Assembly: GCA_951406725.2 (NCBI GenBank)
Contig: OX597819.1
Location: 44,516,001-44,580,000, forward strand
DNA: 64,000 nucleotides
Source: Octopus vulgaris
Lineage: Eukaryota
Direction: 5' to 3'
The notes below the pieces were generated by a model that saw only the letters and a program-made list of their open reading frames with translations, was not told the origin of the DNA and ran no database searches. This document shows, piece by piece, positions 41,264 through 55,639 of the stretch. The position numbers were made by a program, and so were the translations under genes. The first letter of the stretch is position 1, and each line of letters starts with the position of its first letter.

Positions 41264-41264
<1 letters not shown>
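39746..41264 (+). mobile_element. R4/Dong-clade non-LTR retrotransposon, 5'-truncated, flanked by (TAA)n on both sides
   Basis: YKYLG, HPKADVDRLYLPRAQGGRGL, AAQDQSL, CRFC-x8-H-x4-C zinc knuckle, RHD, KPDIVV...IDMSIP...K (PD-D/ExK restriction-like endonuclease). A few stops and frameshifts. Confidence 0.95.
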
Positions 41265-41312
<48 letters not shown>

Positions 41313-41568
41313 GGATTATTACGAAGTAGCATTAGCAGTGCCGTTAATTCCATTATGGATATATGTATATACACCTTCTAACAGATCTACACGTTTTTCT
41401 ACTGCATCGATTAGAAACAGTTGCAATTGCAACCTTAGTATAATACCGGTGTAATTTCTTCAGGGTCTTCACTTTAATATCTTTTGATTTAACTTTTTAA
41501 AGTTATATGTTAATTCTATTTGCGTCCCATGACGTGAAGTTAAACATTAATTTAGACACGAGCCATCT

Positions 41569-41658
<90 letters not shown>

Positions 41659-41689
41659 TTTCGCTTTGGTTTGTCTCTAATTTAGATTA

Positions 41690-42630
41690 TTCCCAGCTGT
41701 TCTTTAGTTCTTCACCTCTAAATTAAATACCTACTTTCGGTTTTGAGGGTAATATATTTAACTATTTAAATAATTTTATTAATAAGTTTTAATTAATCTT
41801 GTTGAACTGATCCATATTTAAACCCTTATTATTACTTTTATAATAGTATATTTACTTCCTTTTAATTCTTATTTATTTATTTGTTTACTTATTTATGTTA
41901 AATACTATATCATTTTACATGAGTCTCTTAACATATTTAAATCCAGTATCTCACCAAGGGAGCGCTACATATCTAAAATTTAAAAACCTTTGTCCAATAG
42001 TTCCTTATCTTTATTAGTCTAACTCAATAATAATTTTTTTTAAGGGATGAAAGGCTATATTTTCTAAGTCTTTATTCATTTATTTATTTTTACTCAATCT
42101 ATTTTTACTTTTTACTTTATTTTATTTTATTCTTGATTTTATCTTAAAATTTCATGCACTCAAAGATTAAGGTAATATGTCTTTTAACCCTTTCGATATT
42201 TACAACAATAGATTGCCTGGAATGACTTTCACCTTAATTAAATATTAATAATAACTATACATACTGGAATTAAACTCTACATACTAAATTTCCATTGCTT
42301 TAATATGGATGGACATAGTATCGCAATATATAACATTTATACCAATGTCTCTACTTGAGCTTTTCTTTTACTAAACACCGTATAAAAATATATTAATCTA
42401 ATCTTACTTTGCAACTCCAATATACATTACATTACTTCCCTTTCGAAGGTCTATACCATTTTTCATACTATGTTATTCTTTATGCATAAATTTGATCTGT
42501 TAACGGTTTGCCGCCCTTTATTTAACATGCAGGAATCGATCACCTATTTGATATATCTTAAAGTCCCTCTGACGAGATTCGACTTTCAAAACCTTTCAAA
42601 TTTTATTAATTATCTCTCTATTTATTTAGT
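41690..42630 (+). mobile_element. AT-rich, heavily degraded PLE-like remnant
   Basis: YW..TLHTKFP resembles the WI..L.T..P.GLN C-terminus of PLE GIY-YIG domains. CTGACGA...AAAAC lies ~270 nt downstream. Confidence 0.35.
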
Positions 42631-42631
42631 T

Positions 42632-42675
<44 letters not shown>

Positions 42676-42950
42676 CAATTAATCAAAGGATATACTAAGT
42701 ATGTCTACCTGCTGGAAACAACAGTCAACACTCTTATTTAAATCACCAAAATGCACTGATAATAACTACAGAAATCAACCGTCTGAAGCCAAACGGACCA
42801 AGACAATCTCTCAGCATACATTCAAGTATTTGGACTCATGTGGACCGGTTTCTGGTCTTGCTGAATAGCCTCACCATCCTCACCTATCTTCACAAATATC
42901 GTGAATTATTTGCTCGGTATTGCATGTATGTATGTATGTATGTATGTATG

Positions 42951-42981
<31 letters not shown>

Positions 42982-43252
42982 TAACAAATTAATAAATAAA
43001 ACATATGCATATATACATACATATATGTACGTACCTATATCTACATGTATATATACATGCATATATGGGTATAGGACACCAAAAAAAAAAACGTCGAACA
43101 CATTGAGAAACGAAAAATTAAACACAAAACCAAGGAACTGGACATTTTTCTTAAATAACGAAAAAATAGAGTACAGGACAAATAACACAAAGAAAATTCC
43201 CCTTCTTCAGTCGCCATGGTTTCATCTACTCCGCGTTTCGTATGTATGTATG

Positions 43253-43286
<34 letters not shown>

Positions 43287-43308
43287 TGTATGTATGTATG
43301 TATGTATG

Positions 43309-43443
<135 letters not shown>

Positions 43444-44030
43444 CAGATACGACGAATCTCTGCACAGCTTCTGTCAACAGGATTTCATTCACAAACCGGG
43501 GAGACTGGCGAATGTCTTTTGCCTGAAGTGCAAACGGAGTCTATAGACGTTTTCCTATGTTGCATTTAGATGAATAATATACAAACATACGTAGTGCCCT
43601 CTGGTATAGAGGTGCAGAGGATCATTTTAAAATGTGTTTTGGAAAGTCTTCCTATGCAACTTTCTCGACCTAAGGAAGCCAAAATCAGTTAATCGTTCAT
43701 TTTTTTTTTTGTGTTACAGATAAGAGAAAAATCTTTTACTCACCGTATGGGATTTCCCACCTTATGGGATTTCAGAAATACAATCATAGCCGACATTGAT
43801 GTTAACACAAACAATACTGATATCTACAGTTCTACCCCATTTCTGCTTTCTCTTACAACACGTAAGTACTCTTCCCATTTCTCTTAGTTTATGCACTTAA
43901 AATCAGTATATATTCTGGCACTATGAAAAAGTCCGAGCAGCTATGTGAAGCGGTTAGATATATAGCAGGAAGAATTCCACCCAAACATCTCCCTATGATT
44001 GTAAAATGGCTATCCCAGACAGCAAAGAGT

Positions 44031-46106
44031 ATACCGATTCCCGGGATACTAGTCATCAATCTGTTTATATTCAAATCCAGCCATATCTGTCTTACAGACC
44101 GACAAGAAGTTCCACAAATTGAGACTGCCAACGGCAGCATCACACTACACTATTGCATTCATATCTTCGCATACCTATTCGGCAGTGACAACTTCAAAAT
44201 ACACACATGGAAAAAAATATTGTACAGCTTCAGTTTGAAGACAAGTTTTCTAACTTCCCTATATTATATCGTTAAGTAACAGACCCTTTTTAACGAGAGG
44301 TGGGGAAAAAATTACCCTTTCTCATGGTAAATTTTATTGCCGATGTTACTGATAACTTCATAAGTAGTTGTGACATATCAATAACGCTTATTAAAATAGC
44401 AATACCTGTTTGTATTCAGCTGCTATTAGCCTAAAGGATCATCAGGGAATTATTTGCATAGTACACAGCAATTTGCTATATGAAACGTAAAGGGTAATGA
44501 ACGTCACTAGCGGAAAGCAGAAGCAATCTAAGGCAGGAAATATGACAATCAAATGCTCTTATAAAATGTAAGATAAATGATGTGTTCACAGAACACCAAC
44601 AATACCTCCTGAGAAAATTAGCCAAACGTTCAGAGATTTTGTCTAAAATCTCGAGGGAAAATTAATAACTCTGAAGCATGAACTCAAGAGGCAGAATGAA
44701 CAAAAAAGTAATCTTTACCCGAAAAAAGAATTACAACTGCAAGTTTATTTTTAATCCCAAAGCATTTCACGGGAGAATGAGGAATGATAACATAATGAAA
44801 AGATACTTTTCCTATGAAAACCTAAAATCATTCCTTTTTATGATGTCAAAAGGATATAAGGATTAAGCCATATAATGAGGAAACACGCTCTTCGTAGGTT
44901 ACTGGTTTCAGACTTAAACTGTTCATAAAAAGCTACTTAAACATAAATTTAAATGTGAAAATATATAGAAGGTAAGATTGAAATAACGAACAATCTTGCC
45001 ATAGCACGAGTACCCCTTGTGGCCAAGTATGAAAACTCGATCTTAGTAGGGAACTATAGAGCCATAGCCTGCCTTAAAATTATGTAGAAATTGTTCACAA
45101 GCTGTGTGGACCATTTGATCTAAGACAATTGCGTGTTTAGCAATATAGTCACTGATGAGTAGGTAAGTTTCAAAAGGAATGTGGAAATGCGCCGAACAAC
45201 TTGTAAATAAATCTTGCTGAGTTAAGTAATAAATGACCGTTGAAAAGTTGCGATAACATGACTTGATTATAAAACAACATTCCAATCCATTTCCTATTTA
45301 GGGCTCTAGAAGTCACTACAGTTGGCAAATAGTAACGCTGTCTTATTTGCTGCCATTGAAAGGGTCATGAAGATATGGTCTGCAACCCCCAAAATTGTAA
45401 TTGAAAACGGAATGATAGCCTCCAGTGTTATAAATATTTCAAAGAGACTATTCCAATGCAACCCGTCTGTCTGTGCTCTTGTTTACTTCGGTCTTAATTC
45501 TTTAAGAAAACCATTGACTTGTCTACAATAGCAAGAGTCCTTAATGTTACCTATAATTTCCTTGTAGATCTTCTAAAAAGCTAGGTTCAAAATATTGAGT
45601 CAAAACATTTTTGCTGATTTAAGGATGGAGTCCTACAACCCCTCCACAAAAGCATATTTAACATCTGAAAGTGGAAAACCTATCCCAAAACCCAAATCTT
45701 TTTTATCAGCAGCCTCTGTACCTATTCGGTTTCCCGAAAAGAGTGCTATAAATATTTAGGTATTCATGGAAATATATTATACATGTTGTGAACTAATATA
45801 GAGTGACGGAAGATTATTAAAACTGGCTAAAAGAGATCTGGTAGTCAGAGCTTTCCTTTTAAAATAATACTGATTCTCGGGACACAAGTCATCAAACTAT
45901 TTATATTCAAATCCAGCCAGATCTGTCGTACACACCGAGAAGTTCAAAGAATCGAGACTGCCAACGGCAGCATTACACTACACTGTCACATTCATATCTT
46001 CGCATACCTATTCGGCAGTGACAACTGCAAAATAGACAGATGGAAAATATATTGTACAGCTGCAGTTTGAAAACAAGTTTTCTAACTTCCCTATATTATA
46101 TCGTTA
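44031..46106 (+). repeat. ~240-bp diverged direct repeat (44031-44274 and 45867-46106)
   Basis: Shared TATATTCAAATCCAGCC...GAGACTGCCAACGGCAGCAT.ACACTACAC...ATTCATATCTTCGCATACCTATTCGGCAGTGACAAC...TTCTAACTTCCCTATATTATATCGTTA. Confidence 0.92.
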
Positions 46107-46122
46107 TATATTATATCTGTTA

Positions 46123-46405
46123 TGTGTCGTGAGGTTGTGAGTTCGAATCCCGAACCAGGCTGCGTGTTGTGTTATTTCACGTTGCACCAGTTCACGCAGC
46201 TGTAGAAATGAGTTGCGACGTCACAGGTGCCAAGCTGCATCGGCGTTTGCCTATCCCTTGGATAACACTGGTGTCGTGGAGAGGGGAGGCTGGTATGCAT
46301 GGGCGACTGCTGGTCTTCCATAAAGCAACCTTGGCCGGACCTGTGCCTGGAAGGGTAACTTTCTAGGTGCAATCCCATGGTCAGTCATGCCCGAAGTGGG
46401 GTCTC
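46123..46405 (+). mobile_element. tRNA-derived SINE family C, 5'-truncated
   Basis: B-box GAGTTCGAATCCC. TATTTCACGTTGCACCAGTTCACGCAGCTGTAGAAATGAG core shared with the 62043 and 53927 copies. Confidence 0.8.
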
Positions 46406-46539
46406 AGTACTATAATATACTTTCAGCACCGTTGTTGGTACCAACATTTGACTGGTCGATAGAGGGAATCTACTTCATAGAACTTAAAATCTTTAAGATT
46501 CTGACATCAACGGTAAACTTCCACAAAAGCAGTAACATT

Positions 46540-46718
46540 GGTTCCAAAATTTGGCTCCAGGCTAGAAATTTCGGGGGACTCTAGTACTTATTTTATCGAT
46601 CCCGCAGGGATGAAAGGCAAAGCCGGCCTTTGCGGTATTTGAACTCAAAACGTGAAGTTGCAAGAAATGCCGCTAAGCATTTTGTCCTATGTGCCCGACG
46701 ATTCTGCCAGCTCCCCAC
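46540..46718 (-). mobile_element. SINE family A
   Basis: GGATGAAAGGCAAAG...ATTTGAACTC...GATTCTGCCAGCTC. Confidence 0.82.
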
Positions 46719-47135
46719 TTTCACAGAAGAAGTAATGTTGAAAGATCTTATTTCGGAAGTTAAGTGGAGAAAGAAGCTTAAGATCATAGCTAACACCCTT
46801 TGAATGCCGCATAATACGAAAAACGCCTGATAAACAAGAGAAGAAAAATAAACACGTCCACCAAATGCTCAAAAATCGAGTGAATAACATCCTGTAGGAT
46901 AGTAGTGAAGTCCTTAAGAAAGACTCGTTTCTTGATGACCTCCCATGTAAACACAGTGAAGACTTATATAAATGATACGCGCAACATACTGCAAAAATGT
47001 TATGCATAGTTATATTTACCGGAAACTTGAAAATGATAATATTAACCTGAATATGAACTTGATATGTAACCTCCCTTGGAATAGAGATCAGCATATAATC
47101 TTATATCACGAAGGTTTTGATCTTGCAATATAAGT

Positions 47136-47348
47136 GCGGTGAGCTGGCCGAATCGTTAGCACTTCGGGCGAAATGCTTAGAGGTATTTCGTCTGTCTTTA
47201 CGTTCTGAGTTCAAATTCCGCCGAGGTTGAATTTGCCTTTCATCCTTTCAGGGTCAATAAATTAAGTGCCAGTTGTGTACTGGGGTCGATCTAATCGACT
47301 GTCAGCTTCCCCAAAATTTTCCGGTCTAGGGCCTAGAGTAGAAAAGAA
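47136..47348 (+). mobile_element. SINE family A with target-site duplication, nested in the RLE element
   Basis: AATATAAGTGCGG at 47127-47139 and 47347-47359. Confidence 0.92.
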
Positions 47349-48083
47349 TATAAGTGCGGGAAATACCTACAAAAATCCTAAATGAACAGTGCGGAGACTG
47401 ACGGCCTAAACTCTCAAGATACAGCAAGAAATGTGGTTCTGTGGACGACAAAACCTGTAACCAACAGCTGCCGAAAACTGTCATAATGGTCTTACATACC
47501 AGTGCGACATGATGTTGCTAAAACAACGCATAATGTCCGCTGCCAAAAAGACTACGCCATGATATAAACAACAACTTCACGGTTGAGTATACGCACAAAT
47601 CATTACAAAGAATATTGGTGAAACATTTCCATTAAAATTATTTACCAAATGTAAAAGTAACAAACCTCGTACGGGGACAGCAAAGAAAAAGTATGCATAA
47701 ACATAGATGTTAGGGATTCTGCAGATGTAAACAGCTTTTTCAAAACCACTTAGAAGGGGAATATTTATGGACATCTGCTGGAAAACCTGTAGCCCCTCTA
47801 CTCTCATTACAAAGTAACTTTTATAACAATCATCATTGGTTGAAACATTAGTAAATAAATTAGTGATAACTTGGAAAAGCTGGGACATTGGGACAAAGAG
47901 AGAGAGAGGCTAGCATGCAAAATCTGTAAGTGGAACAGTAAAAGTTTGCAAGACATTTATCAAGTTGAACATTTAAAACTTGCAGTTGTCATTGTTTAAA
48001 TTCCAACGATGGGGTATATATTTCTTAATTCGAAACCTACATGTTCGCTTGAAGAAAAAGCTCTAATAAACTTCAGAAACATA

Positions 48084-48123
<40 letters not shown>

Positions 48124-48129
48124 TTTATA

Positions 48130-48410
<281 letters not shown>

Positions 48411-48604
48411 AGACGCAAGGACATCTGCGTTTGAAATAAAAGAACTCAATCTAATGTTTAAAATGCGATGAGGGCATTTCAGTGGAATTGTTTTAACAAT
48501 TTGAAATGTCTTTCATAGTATATTCATATTTCAGAACAATAAAACAAGGATGGTAAGACAAATGATTTGTAAAGAGCCAATTTTGTATTGTTATTTATAT
48601 GGCG

Positions 48605-51600
48605 TTGGTGCCAAACGCTTGTGCTGCCCTTTGAATTCGCAGATATATTTCTGTGTCCTAATTTTCATCATTTTGTACACAACTTCCAAGGCAGATGAAA
48701 GAATCAAAAACCTAAAGTAGCTTACCCTTGACAAAAATTTTAGTGGGGTTGCGAATAGCACCACATGCAGGTTGATACATCACAACTGTTTTTTTTTTCA
48801 AGTTGATGGTCAAACCAAAATCATCACAAGCTGTGTCAAATGCCTGTTTCAGAATGACTGTCTAGATCGCAATCGTCAGCGTACAAGAGTTCCCTAATGA
48901 GTGAAGTAAAAAACCCTTCGTTTTGAATTTCAGTCTGGTGAGGTTAAAAACATTTCCTGTTGTTCGATATCTTAAGTAAATACCCTCCTCGGAGTTTTGA
49001 AAAGCAGGTGACAACACAAACAGCAAAATATATTGCAAATAGGGTGTGCGCATCTAGGTCTCCTTGGTTTACTCCATTTTCCACGGCAAAAGATCCAGAG
49101 ACCCTACCACCAAAATTAACTCAAGCTTTCATATGTTGATGCAAAGCTCTGATCAAGTTTACAAATTTTCCTGGGTAGCCTATTTTCGTTAGAAATAGCC
49201 ACATAGCATTTCTATTAACAGTATCAAATGCTTTGCTCAAATCAACAAAGCAATGGTAAAGGGCAAGATTTTGTTCAATGCACTTTTCTTGCAATTGACA
49301 GATAGTAAAGATACAACCAGCTGTGCTCCTGGAGGAGCGAAAACCACACTAAGACTCAGACACCATATTTGGAACTATGAAGGTATTTAAACATTCTAAC
49401 AGAATGCAGGCAAGCACCTTTCCAACCACAGACAAAAGCGAAATCCCACGAAAATTACCACACATATCCTTTGGTCCCGACGAAAATGGCATCTTGAAGC
49501 ATTTTCTTAGTTCTCCAACAGTGACAAATTAATATATTTAAGAGTTCAAGCACTTTGTCACCCACATATTTCTAGATATCTGCACAGATGCCATCAGACC
49601 CTGCAGACATTGTTATTCAGTTTATTTACAGCTAAATAAATGTCATTGAGAGTTGGTTTAAATGCCATCTCTTCTATAATTGGAAGGTGTTCGATTTTTT
49701 CTTCATTTTCACGTCAGCAGATGATATGATTATTCAAAAGTGCAGAAAATGTTCTACTCAGCGCTTAGAAATAGAAGCAGTATCAGTCAGAAGCAAGCGT
49801 CCATTTGCTGTTCTCTCTCACTGAAGCTGTTGAAGATTTTGAGCCGCATACCTCTTTAATATAAGAGTACAAACTCTTGGCGTCATTTCTATGAGCTGCT
49901 CCTTGTGCCCCTTTTGTTCTATCATTCCACCATTTCTGTTCAATTTTCCTTAGGGCAGTCTGCACTTTTCGTTTCAGCCTTCTGTAAGCTTCGTTTGAGT
50001 TGGAGTTTAAGGACTGATAAAGAAGAGTATTGCCTAAGTTTTGTCTTTCTAAAAGTAGATCATGAATTTCTGCTGATTTATCTGAGAACCAGTCGCAGGA
50101 TTTAAATCTCACTGACAAACTTGCAGCCTCAAATACTTTTGTTTTGAAATCTTCCCATAAATTGTTTGATTCAAGACTGATATTTTCTATAGCAAAATGG
50201 AATCTTTGCAAGTTGCTTGGTAATTTGAAGCTGGCAACATTTAATTATTTGGGTACCTTAAGACCAGACTGTCGACATTTAGGCACTATCGAAAATATTT
50301 TTTCCACGCACTAGACGATGGTCAGTCCAGCTCTCTGCTCCTTTCATAGCCCGAATGCTAGAAACATCTTTCATATCACGTTCCTTAATCAAAGTATAAT
50401 CTATGTGCTCAGATCTTGGGTGCATCCAGGTGGTTTTATATTTATTTTTCTGCCTAAACACAGTGTTGGTGACAACCAGGTTATTCTCAGTACAAACGTC
50501 AAAAGAGCTACTCTATTTTTATTACATTTTTCAATCCTATGTCGATCAAAAACAGGTCATGAAACGTAGTCATTTCAAACTTTTGCGTTGAAATCTCCTA
50601 GTAAGACCAGCTTGGCAGAAATTGGTACTTTTCTCAATAATTGTGCTAGATCGTCATAAAATTGTCCTACATTTTCATCAGAATGAGACATTGTTGGTGC
50701 ATAAATACTGACAACGGTAAGAAACCTACCTTTTGTCAGGTTTATACGGCATGGCATTGTTCGTTCAGATATACCACTTGGAAATTCTCCAATGGAGGAT
50801 ACTAATGAATTCTTGAGAGCAAACCCAACACCAGATTCTCTATTCTTACCCTCATGTAGGCCTCTCCAAAAATATAGTATATCCAGAAGTAGGTTCATTT
50901 ACTTAACTCTCGCCAGAGAGATGAGTTTCAGAGAGCGCAACTATAACAAGGGAATCTTTCTTAAGCTTACATGCAATAAATGCAGTACACCTTTCTGGCC
51001 TCTTGTTGAAATTATCATCAAGATGTGTGCGCACAATCGAACAGCCAAAATTCAGAAGTTGTTCCTTTTTATTTTTTCTTGAAGATTGTTTGACCACAGT
51101 GGCAAGATTACGACCGGGTCCAGCCTGTGATACACTGGGACACCTGTCGAGCCAGACCTTTTCCCCTGACGTTCCCAAGCCTTTTTTTTGCCATTTACTG
51201 AATCTGTTTGTGACATTTTAGAGTAAGTTACAAGTGTATTTTTAGGCTTCTTCTAACCAACCAGTTCAAGGATTTTACTAAGATTTGGTGTACAAGTAGT
51301 ACCTGTGCAGATAAATAATTTTCAGTTGGTGTAGCTTGCACTGCACTACCTCCATCTATTGGCCCTAGGACACTTTCAACGGTGTGATATGAAAATTGAC
51401 AAAACCAGGAACTTCCAAGGCCTCGGGTTTTTTTCAGAGATATCCTTCTCCTAGGTAGGTTACCAACCAAGGTTAAAGTGCTTCTGTCTGCCCATCAGGT
51501 AAGCTATCCCACTCCAGACATCAAACCGACACCCAAACACTCTATAAAGTGATCAACCCGGAGTAACTCATTCATACATACATACAAAAAAGTAAGATGT

Positions 51601-51980
51601 GATTTAAAAATATAATTAAGATTTAAATGTAAATTATATTTATTTTATAAAGTAAAAGATAAGTAATTAAAAAAATATAAATAAAATAAGATTTAAATAT
51701 AAATTAAATATATAAGTAAAAATATACATATGTATACACATAAGAATATAAATAAAAAAAAAGTTTATACATATTTACACATATTTGTTGGATGGCCGTT
51801 GACTACTCATGAGTTCCTCTGCCATTTGACGAGTCTTATTTTTCATCTCGCAGGGTGTTCAACAATCATCCTCCTCACCAAGCAAGCCTGGTTGGATTGC
51901 CAGTTTAGTCGCCGATGACCCGACCATGCAACAAGTCCCACTGGATTACATGTTACCAGCAGCACCCAGGAGCGACCTGA
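48605..51980 (-). mobile_element. Degraded RTE-clade LINE (5' UTR, APE, RT), 3'-truncated
   Basis: IVALSETHL, RESGVGFALK, SIYAPT, LGDFNAKV, TWMHPRS..HIDY, TDHRLV, RGISLLSVVGK, SQCGFR, FVDLSKAFDTVNR, ELLYADD. AT-rich insert at ~51560-51785. Confidence 0.9.
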
Positions 51981-52447
51981 CATAAGTACTCAGGATGACC
52001 TGACATACATTCGTACATACATGCATATTTGTGAACATTTGTTCACGTGTATGCCTTTCTTATCCATCCCGCGACCTCATATAGATGTCGATATTGTTTG
52101 GTCACTGTGGACACCACAAAGTTGGATTACTGTTTTTTATGGCTATAGGTTCCTGGAGATAGTTATAGCTGGGCATACACCACATTGACCTTTCCAGTCT
52201 GGCAGGATCAGCAATGGTCAAGGACGTCTCTTAAGGAAGGAAAGAAAGAAAGATAGATAGATATATAGATAGATTTGTGAAGTGAGAAATTTGAGCTTGA
52301 ATTGCTTCTACTTAACTTCCGTGGTTGCTTCCCATACATAGATTCCACGCTTGGTGATCTCGTCATCATGTAAACGAGGCCACCGCTAGTTCTTTGAAGA
52401 TATGCGATTAGTCTTTTTCAACGACTGAAAATTATACGCTTTCTTAT

Positions 52448-52633
52448 GGCGGAGAGCTGGCAAAATTGTTAGCACCTTGCGCTAAATGCTTAGTTGCATT
52501 TCATCCGTCTTCATGGTCTAAGTTCAAATTCCGCCGAAGTCGATTTTGCCTTTCATCCTCTCGGGATCGATGTAGTCTACTTACCCACTGCCCTGAAATT
52601 GCTGACCTCGTGCCAAACTTTGTAATCAATATT
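52448..52633 (+). mobile_element. SINE family A
   Basis: Head and core motifs as in the other family A copies. Confidence 0.82.
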
Positions 52634-52829
52634 ATACAACTTCCTGATCATCATTGACAACTTAACTACTTCAAAACTTTGTCTTCTTAATCTCTCCTGT
52701 TTCTGTTTAGCAGATGTATTGATTAACGTAGATCTGCTCTCGATGTGCACGGGACATAGAAATTGATGCATCAACTGACTTTAATTACATTAAATGTGAC
52801 AAATTTTATGGATGCGAGTTCAAATTACA

Positions 52830-53870
52830 TTCAATTTATTTTGCTATAAACAATATTTCCATCATTAGTTCTACAAATACAGAAGGCTTGTCATGCACAC
52901 ACAGCTTAAAGAAAAAAAGATTTCCTCTAATCAAATTGATTTCCTGATATCTGTAGACCTTACAATCCAATACAGGGAGAAAGAGGAAAGAGCTTATTAC
53001 TATTGTTAAAATCAAGATGGTCCCTGTGGTAACCTGAACAGGAATTCGCTTGCATAGAAGAAAAGAAATGCACTGAATGATTTCTAAGCAGATGAAGATA
53101 GTTAACCTTCTTACAGAAGAAGAGCTGTATACGATGGAATCTTTCAAAGATCGGTTCGACAGAATGAAATAGAGACAACAGGTGAATAGTTCTTTACAGC
53201 CCTCTTCTGACTTAGAAATTTAATGAGCACATCAATAGAGTTCTGCAATTCTGTGAAATACATCAAATATTCTTGAAATTTGTCATTAAAAGATCTAATG
53301 CTACAATGTTTGCTCCGACAAAGTAAAACCACCGCAATGAGGTTACTGAATTCTAGTAAGGTCAATGAGGCTTTCTGGTGCTCACTAGTCTTTCCCATTC
53401 ATGAAGACACCCACCCATTTAACAACTAGCTGTTCACTTGAATAATGACCAATGGGTTTACTTCATTCAAATAATTGCTGCACAGCAAGCACTGAATTGA
53501 TGGGGTACAAAGTTTACCGCTTTTTCAATTTGCATTATTTATGATCTCTTTCTAAAAACAGTGATGTACTTATTCTCTCTAAGTGCAAAAATAGAGAAGA
53601 TTCACCTATGTCCAGAATTCTACTCTGACCAACAAAAGTTGTGTTTCAATTTAGAGGGCATCAATTTCCAAAACATGTTTTGCCATACCAATCATCAAAT
53701 TCCAAGAGTAAGCACTGATAGATGCTGGACTACATTTTGAGGAATAGTACTTCATAAGGTCCAATTATAGATGAGATGCGCAAATAAGTTTATGTGGCTG
53801 TTGAAAACATTAAAGTCTTTAAATATCTTGAGGGACTGGCATGATAATATTTACAGTTGGTAATTTCACT
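52830..53870 (-). pseudogene. Very old CR1/L2-like RT remnant
   Basis: Collinear eroded motifs: SLTL (RPISLTS-like), TDL*K (DLSKAFD-like), LPQG / TGTIL (GVPQGTIL-like). Confidence 0.4.
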
Positions 53871-53926
53871 TAAAAGACATACTGTAAAATGTGTGTATCT
53901 GTAATTCGTTACACATCACACTAAAA

Positions 53927-54181
53927 TAAAGGTAAAGTTACCTTTTCAAGTCATGCTGGCTCACGAGAACCGGTTTCCCGGTTTCATGGCGTATGCATTC
54001 CATACCTGGTTGGAACGCCGGTCCGTCGCAGGATTACTCATTTTTGCTAGCTGAATGGCTTGGAGCAACGTGAAGTAAGGTGTTTTGCTCAAGAACGCAA
54101 CGCGACGCCTGGTCCAGGAACCGAAACCACAGTCTTCCGATCATGAGTCCAATACCCTAATTACTAAGCTACGCGCCTCCA
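53927..54181 (-). mobile_element. tRNA-derived SINE with V-domain-like core
   Basis: Minus strand GGAGGCGCGTAGCTTAGTAATTAGGG...TTCTTGAGCAAAACACC...CCTGCGACGGACCGGCGTTCCAACCAGG. Confidence 0.75.
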
Positions 54182-54707
54182 CACACACTGGGCTGCTATA
54201 AACGTAATGGAAAACAAGTTAATTTCTCACATGAAATCCAACAGTGTTTTATTAAACCGAATATCATTTCATTAAAAACACAATTTCGGGATATTTGTAG
54301 CTTCGTTCCAAGCCGTGGCGCAACGGGTATGCATGTATGCATACACACATTATACATACATATGTGTGTGTGTGTGTGTGTGCGTGTGCGTGTGCGTATC
54401 TGTGTATGGATACGCGTGCATTTGTGCGTGCGTCTGTATGAGTGCGCGTACATAATGTGTGAGAGAAGAACCTATAACACCTATCCTATTTTGCCGCCTT
54501 CCTTGGTGGGGAGTCTCTTAGCCGACTTGGTGGTAGGCTGGTTAGCTGGAAAGCTTCAAAAGGTTCAACAGTGAATCATTTAATGAGTATATAATAGCAC
54601 CAATGCCGAGGGATATCTATTGTGAAATTTGATTGGGTGTTAGGGACCACGTGGTCAAATTTCTCCATCAAAACCGGACACGTCTACAAGCAGCCATTAG
54701 AGGGATT

Positions 54708-54775
<68 letters not shown>

Positions 54776-55069
54776 AGAAAAAAAAAACAAAAACAAAAAA
54801 CACATGACTGTTTCCGATTTTCTATCATGCTATGTACCTTCTAAATTAAGTTTTATTGTTGATGGGGGACAATAGTTGATGCTCGCGTGTAGAATATGTA
54901 AGGAAGGACCTACTAAGGTAGGTTTTAGTCCCCCTTATGTTTGATAATATACGACTGACGTGGACTTAACAAGCCTCAAGAATCGTATTTGTGTATTATG
55001 TGTCAATACATAAACCTGTGAAATTATATATATACACACACACACACATATATACATACATACATATAT

Positions 55070-55103
<34 letters not shown>

Positions 55104-55156
55104 TTATAGACACACATATGTATATATATATATATATACATACATATCCAAATATA

Positions 55157-55197
<41 letters not shown>

Positions 55198-55369
55198 GCG
55201 CGCGTGCGCGGACACACACACACACATATAATCAGGCTGAAGTCGCAGAAATCTTATGAGTTTATATGAAATTTATACTTAAAATATTGTGTGTGTATCT
55301 ATCTATATCTATCTATGTATCTATCTATATCTATCTATGTATCTATCTATCTATCTATCTACCACTGTT

Positions 55370-55432
<63 letters not shown>

Positions 55433-55524
55433 GTATATACATACATATTTGCGTAGATACATATATAATCAGTTATTGTTGTACATATATATATTTGCAA
55501 ATTTCAGATTTATGTTCTCACATA

Positions 55525-55565
<41 letters not shown>

Positions 55566-55594
55566 CATCAATTGATAACGTTTGAGACTATATA

Positions 55595-55639
<45 letters not shown>

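Larger units (their letters stand above)
44290..48085 (+). mobile_element. Degraded RLE-type (R4-related) non-LTR retrotransposon with nested insertions
   Basis: Motifs in collinear order: NYRAIACL, CAEQLVNK, RLFQCN (GIFQGD-like), YKYLG, IW*SELS, FHKSSN, HEGFDLAI, IPVRHDVA, NKP...KVCINIDV..ADVN, VCKTFIK. Ends before (CA)n. Confidence 0.8.

Noticed and set aside
45043-45285. Minus-strand ORF (RNFSTVIYYLTQQDLF) resembling a Polinton packaging ATPase motif
   Set aside because: The plus strand of the same bases gives collinear non-LTR RT motifs (NYRAIACL, CAEQLVNK). No Walker A or other Polinton genes nearby.
44031-46106. Direct repeats flanking an RT region as LTRs
   Set aside because: No TG...CA ends, PBS or PPT. 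The RT is non-LTR type and continues beyond the second repeat.
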